Below, piece after piece: positions 14,245 to 14,328 of a stretch of DNA of 14,328 nucleotides. How positions within the stretch are numbered: position 1 is the stretch's first letter; each line of letters starts with the position of its first letter. The notes under the pieces are model-generated. The model made no database searches. It was not told the DNA's origin and was given only the letters and a program-made list of their open reading frames with translations. The DNA comes from Nitrososphaerota archaeon (GTDB taxonomy: Archaea > Thermoproteota > Nitrososphaeria_A > Caldarchaeales > Calditenuaceae): the NCBI GenBank assembly GCA_038741355.1, contig JAVYLC010000028.1, positions 4,052-18,379 of the forward strand, written 5' to 3'. The position numbers and the translations under genes were made by a program.

Positions 14245-14328
14245 CTATGTCAGCACCTCCCCGAGCCTACCCTGCTCCTCGGCCATCTTAACCTCTAGTG
14301 CTATCCTCCTGCCAACAGTCATCTCACG
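14245..14328 (-). CDS. C-terminal 27 codons of an unidentified gene that begins beyond the window (...REMTVGRRIALEVKMAEEQGRLGEVLT)
   Basis: My own translation. The frame is open to the window edge, the stop is TAG 14247..14245, and only 2 nt separate it from the purP start, which suggests co-transcription. Confidence 0.35.
   Translation of the reverse strand, partial: REMTVGRRIALEVKMAEEQGRLGEVLT

Noticed and set aside
1-14328. A search for tRNA, rRNA, CRISPR repeats, IS terminal inverted repeats, C/D-box sRNAs and toxin-antitoxin or defence-like gene pairs.
   Set aside because: I saw no cloverleaf or T-loop (GTTCRANYC) candidate with matching stems, no regularly spaced direct repeats, and no RUGAUGA...CUGA box pairs. 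No ORFs had nuclease, ATPase or defence signatures. This was a visual inspection only, so short ncRNAs cannot be excluded.

Overview
The window looks archaeal: GC-rich coding sequence (about 55-60% GC in lines I sampled by eye), very AT-rich intergenic spacers, BRE/TATA-like promoters at leaderless distance, and archaea-specific enzyme families. Most of it is core metabolism. Positions 1-5629 on the minus strand hold a tightly overlapping operon: asd, aroA' (ADH synthase), aroB' (DHQ synthase II), aroD, aroE and aroA. This is the aspartate-semialdehyde/DKFP-dependent archaeal route to shikimate and EPSP. A GHMP-type shikimate kinase and Pth2 are transcribed divergently from it. Next come AMP-forming acetyl-CoA synthetase (+), an M24 Xaa-Pro peptidase (-), two uncharacterised membrane-protein genes (10753-11481 +, 11683-12900 -), PurP (-), and the last 27 codons of an unidentified minus-strand gene. 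I found no rRNA, tRNA, CRISPR array, transposase or recognisable defence module. The best candidate for new biology is the roughly 145-nt leader between a shared bidirectional promoter and asd. It contains a leaderless 29-codon uORF with a Tyr-Ala-Tyr-Phe-Phe cluster, a perfect 10-bp-stem hairpin followed directly by a U-rich tract, and a second uORF with tandem Trp codons that ends on the asd start. This resembles a bacterial leader-peptide attenuator placed in front of an archaeal aromatic amino-acid operon, and it is inference only. Other points worth a look are an in-frame TGA splitting a polytopic membrane gene, a 9-TM protein with an unassigned C-terminal extracytoplasmic domain, frequent TTG/GTG starts, and several small repeats and hairpins in AT-rich spacers. 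All start codons are inferred from sequence only.
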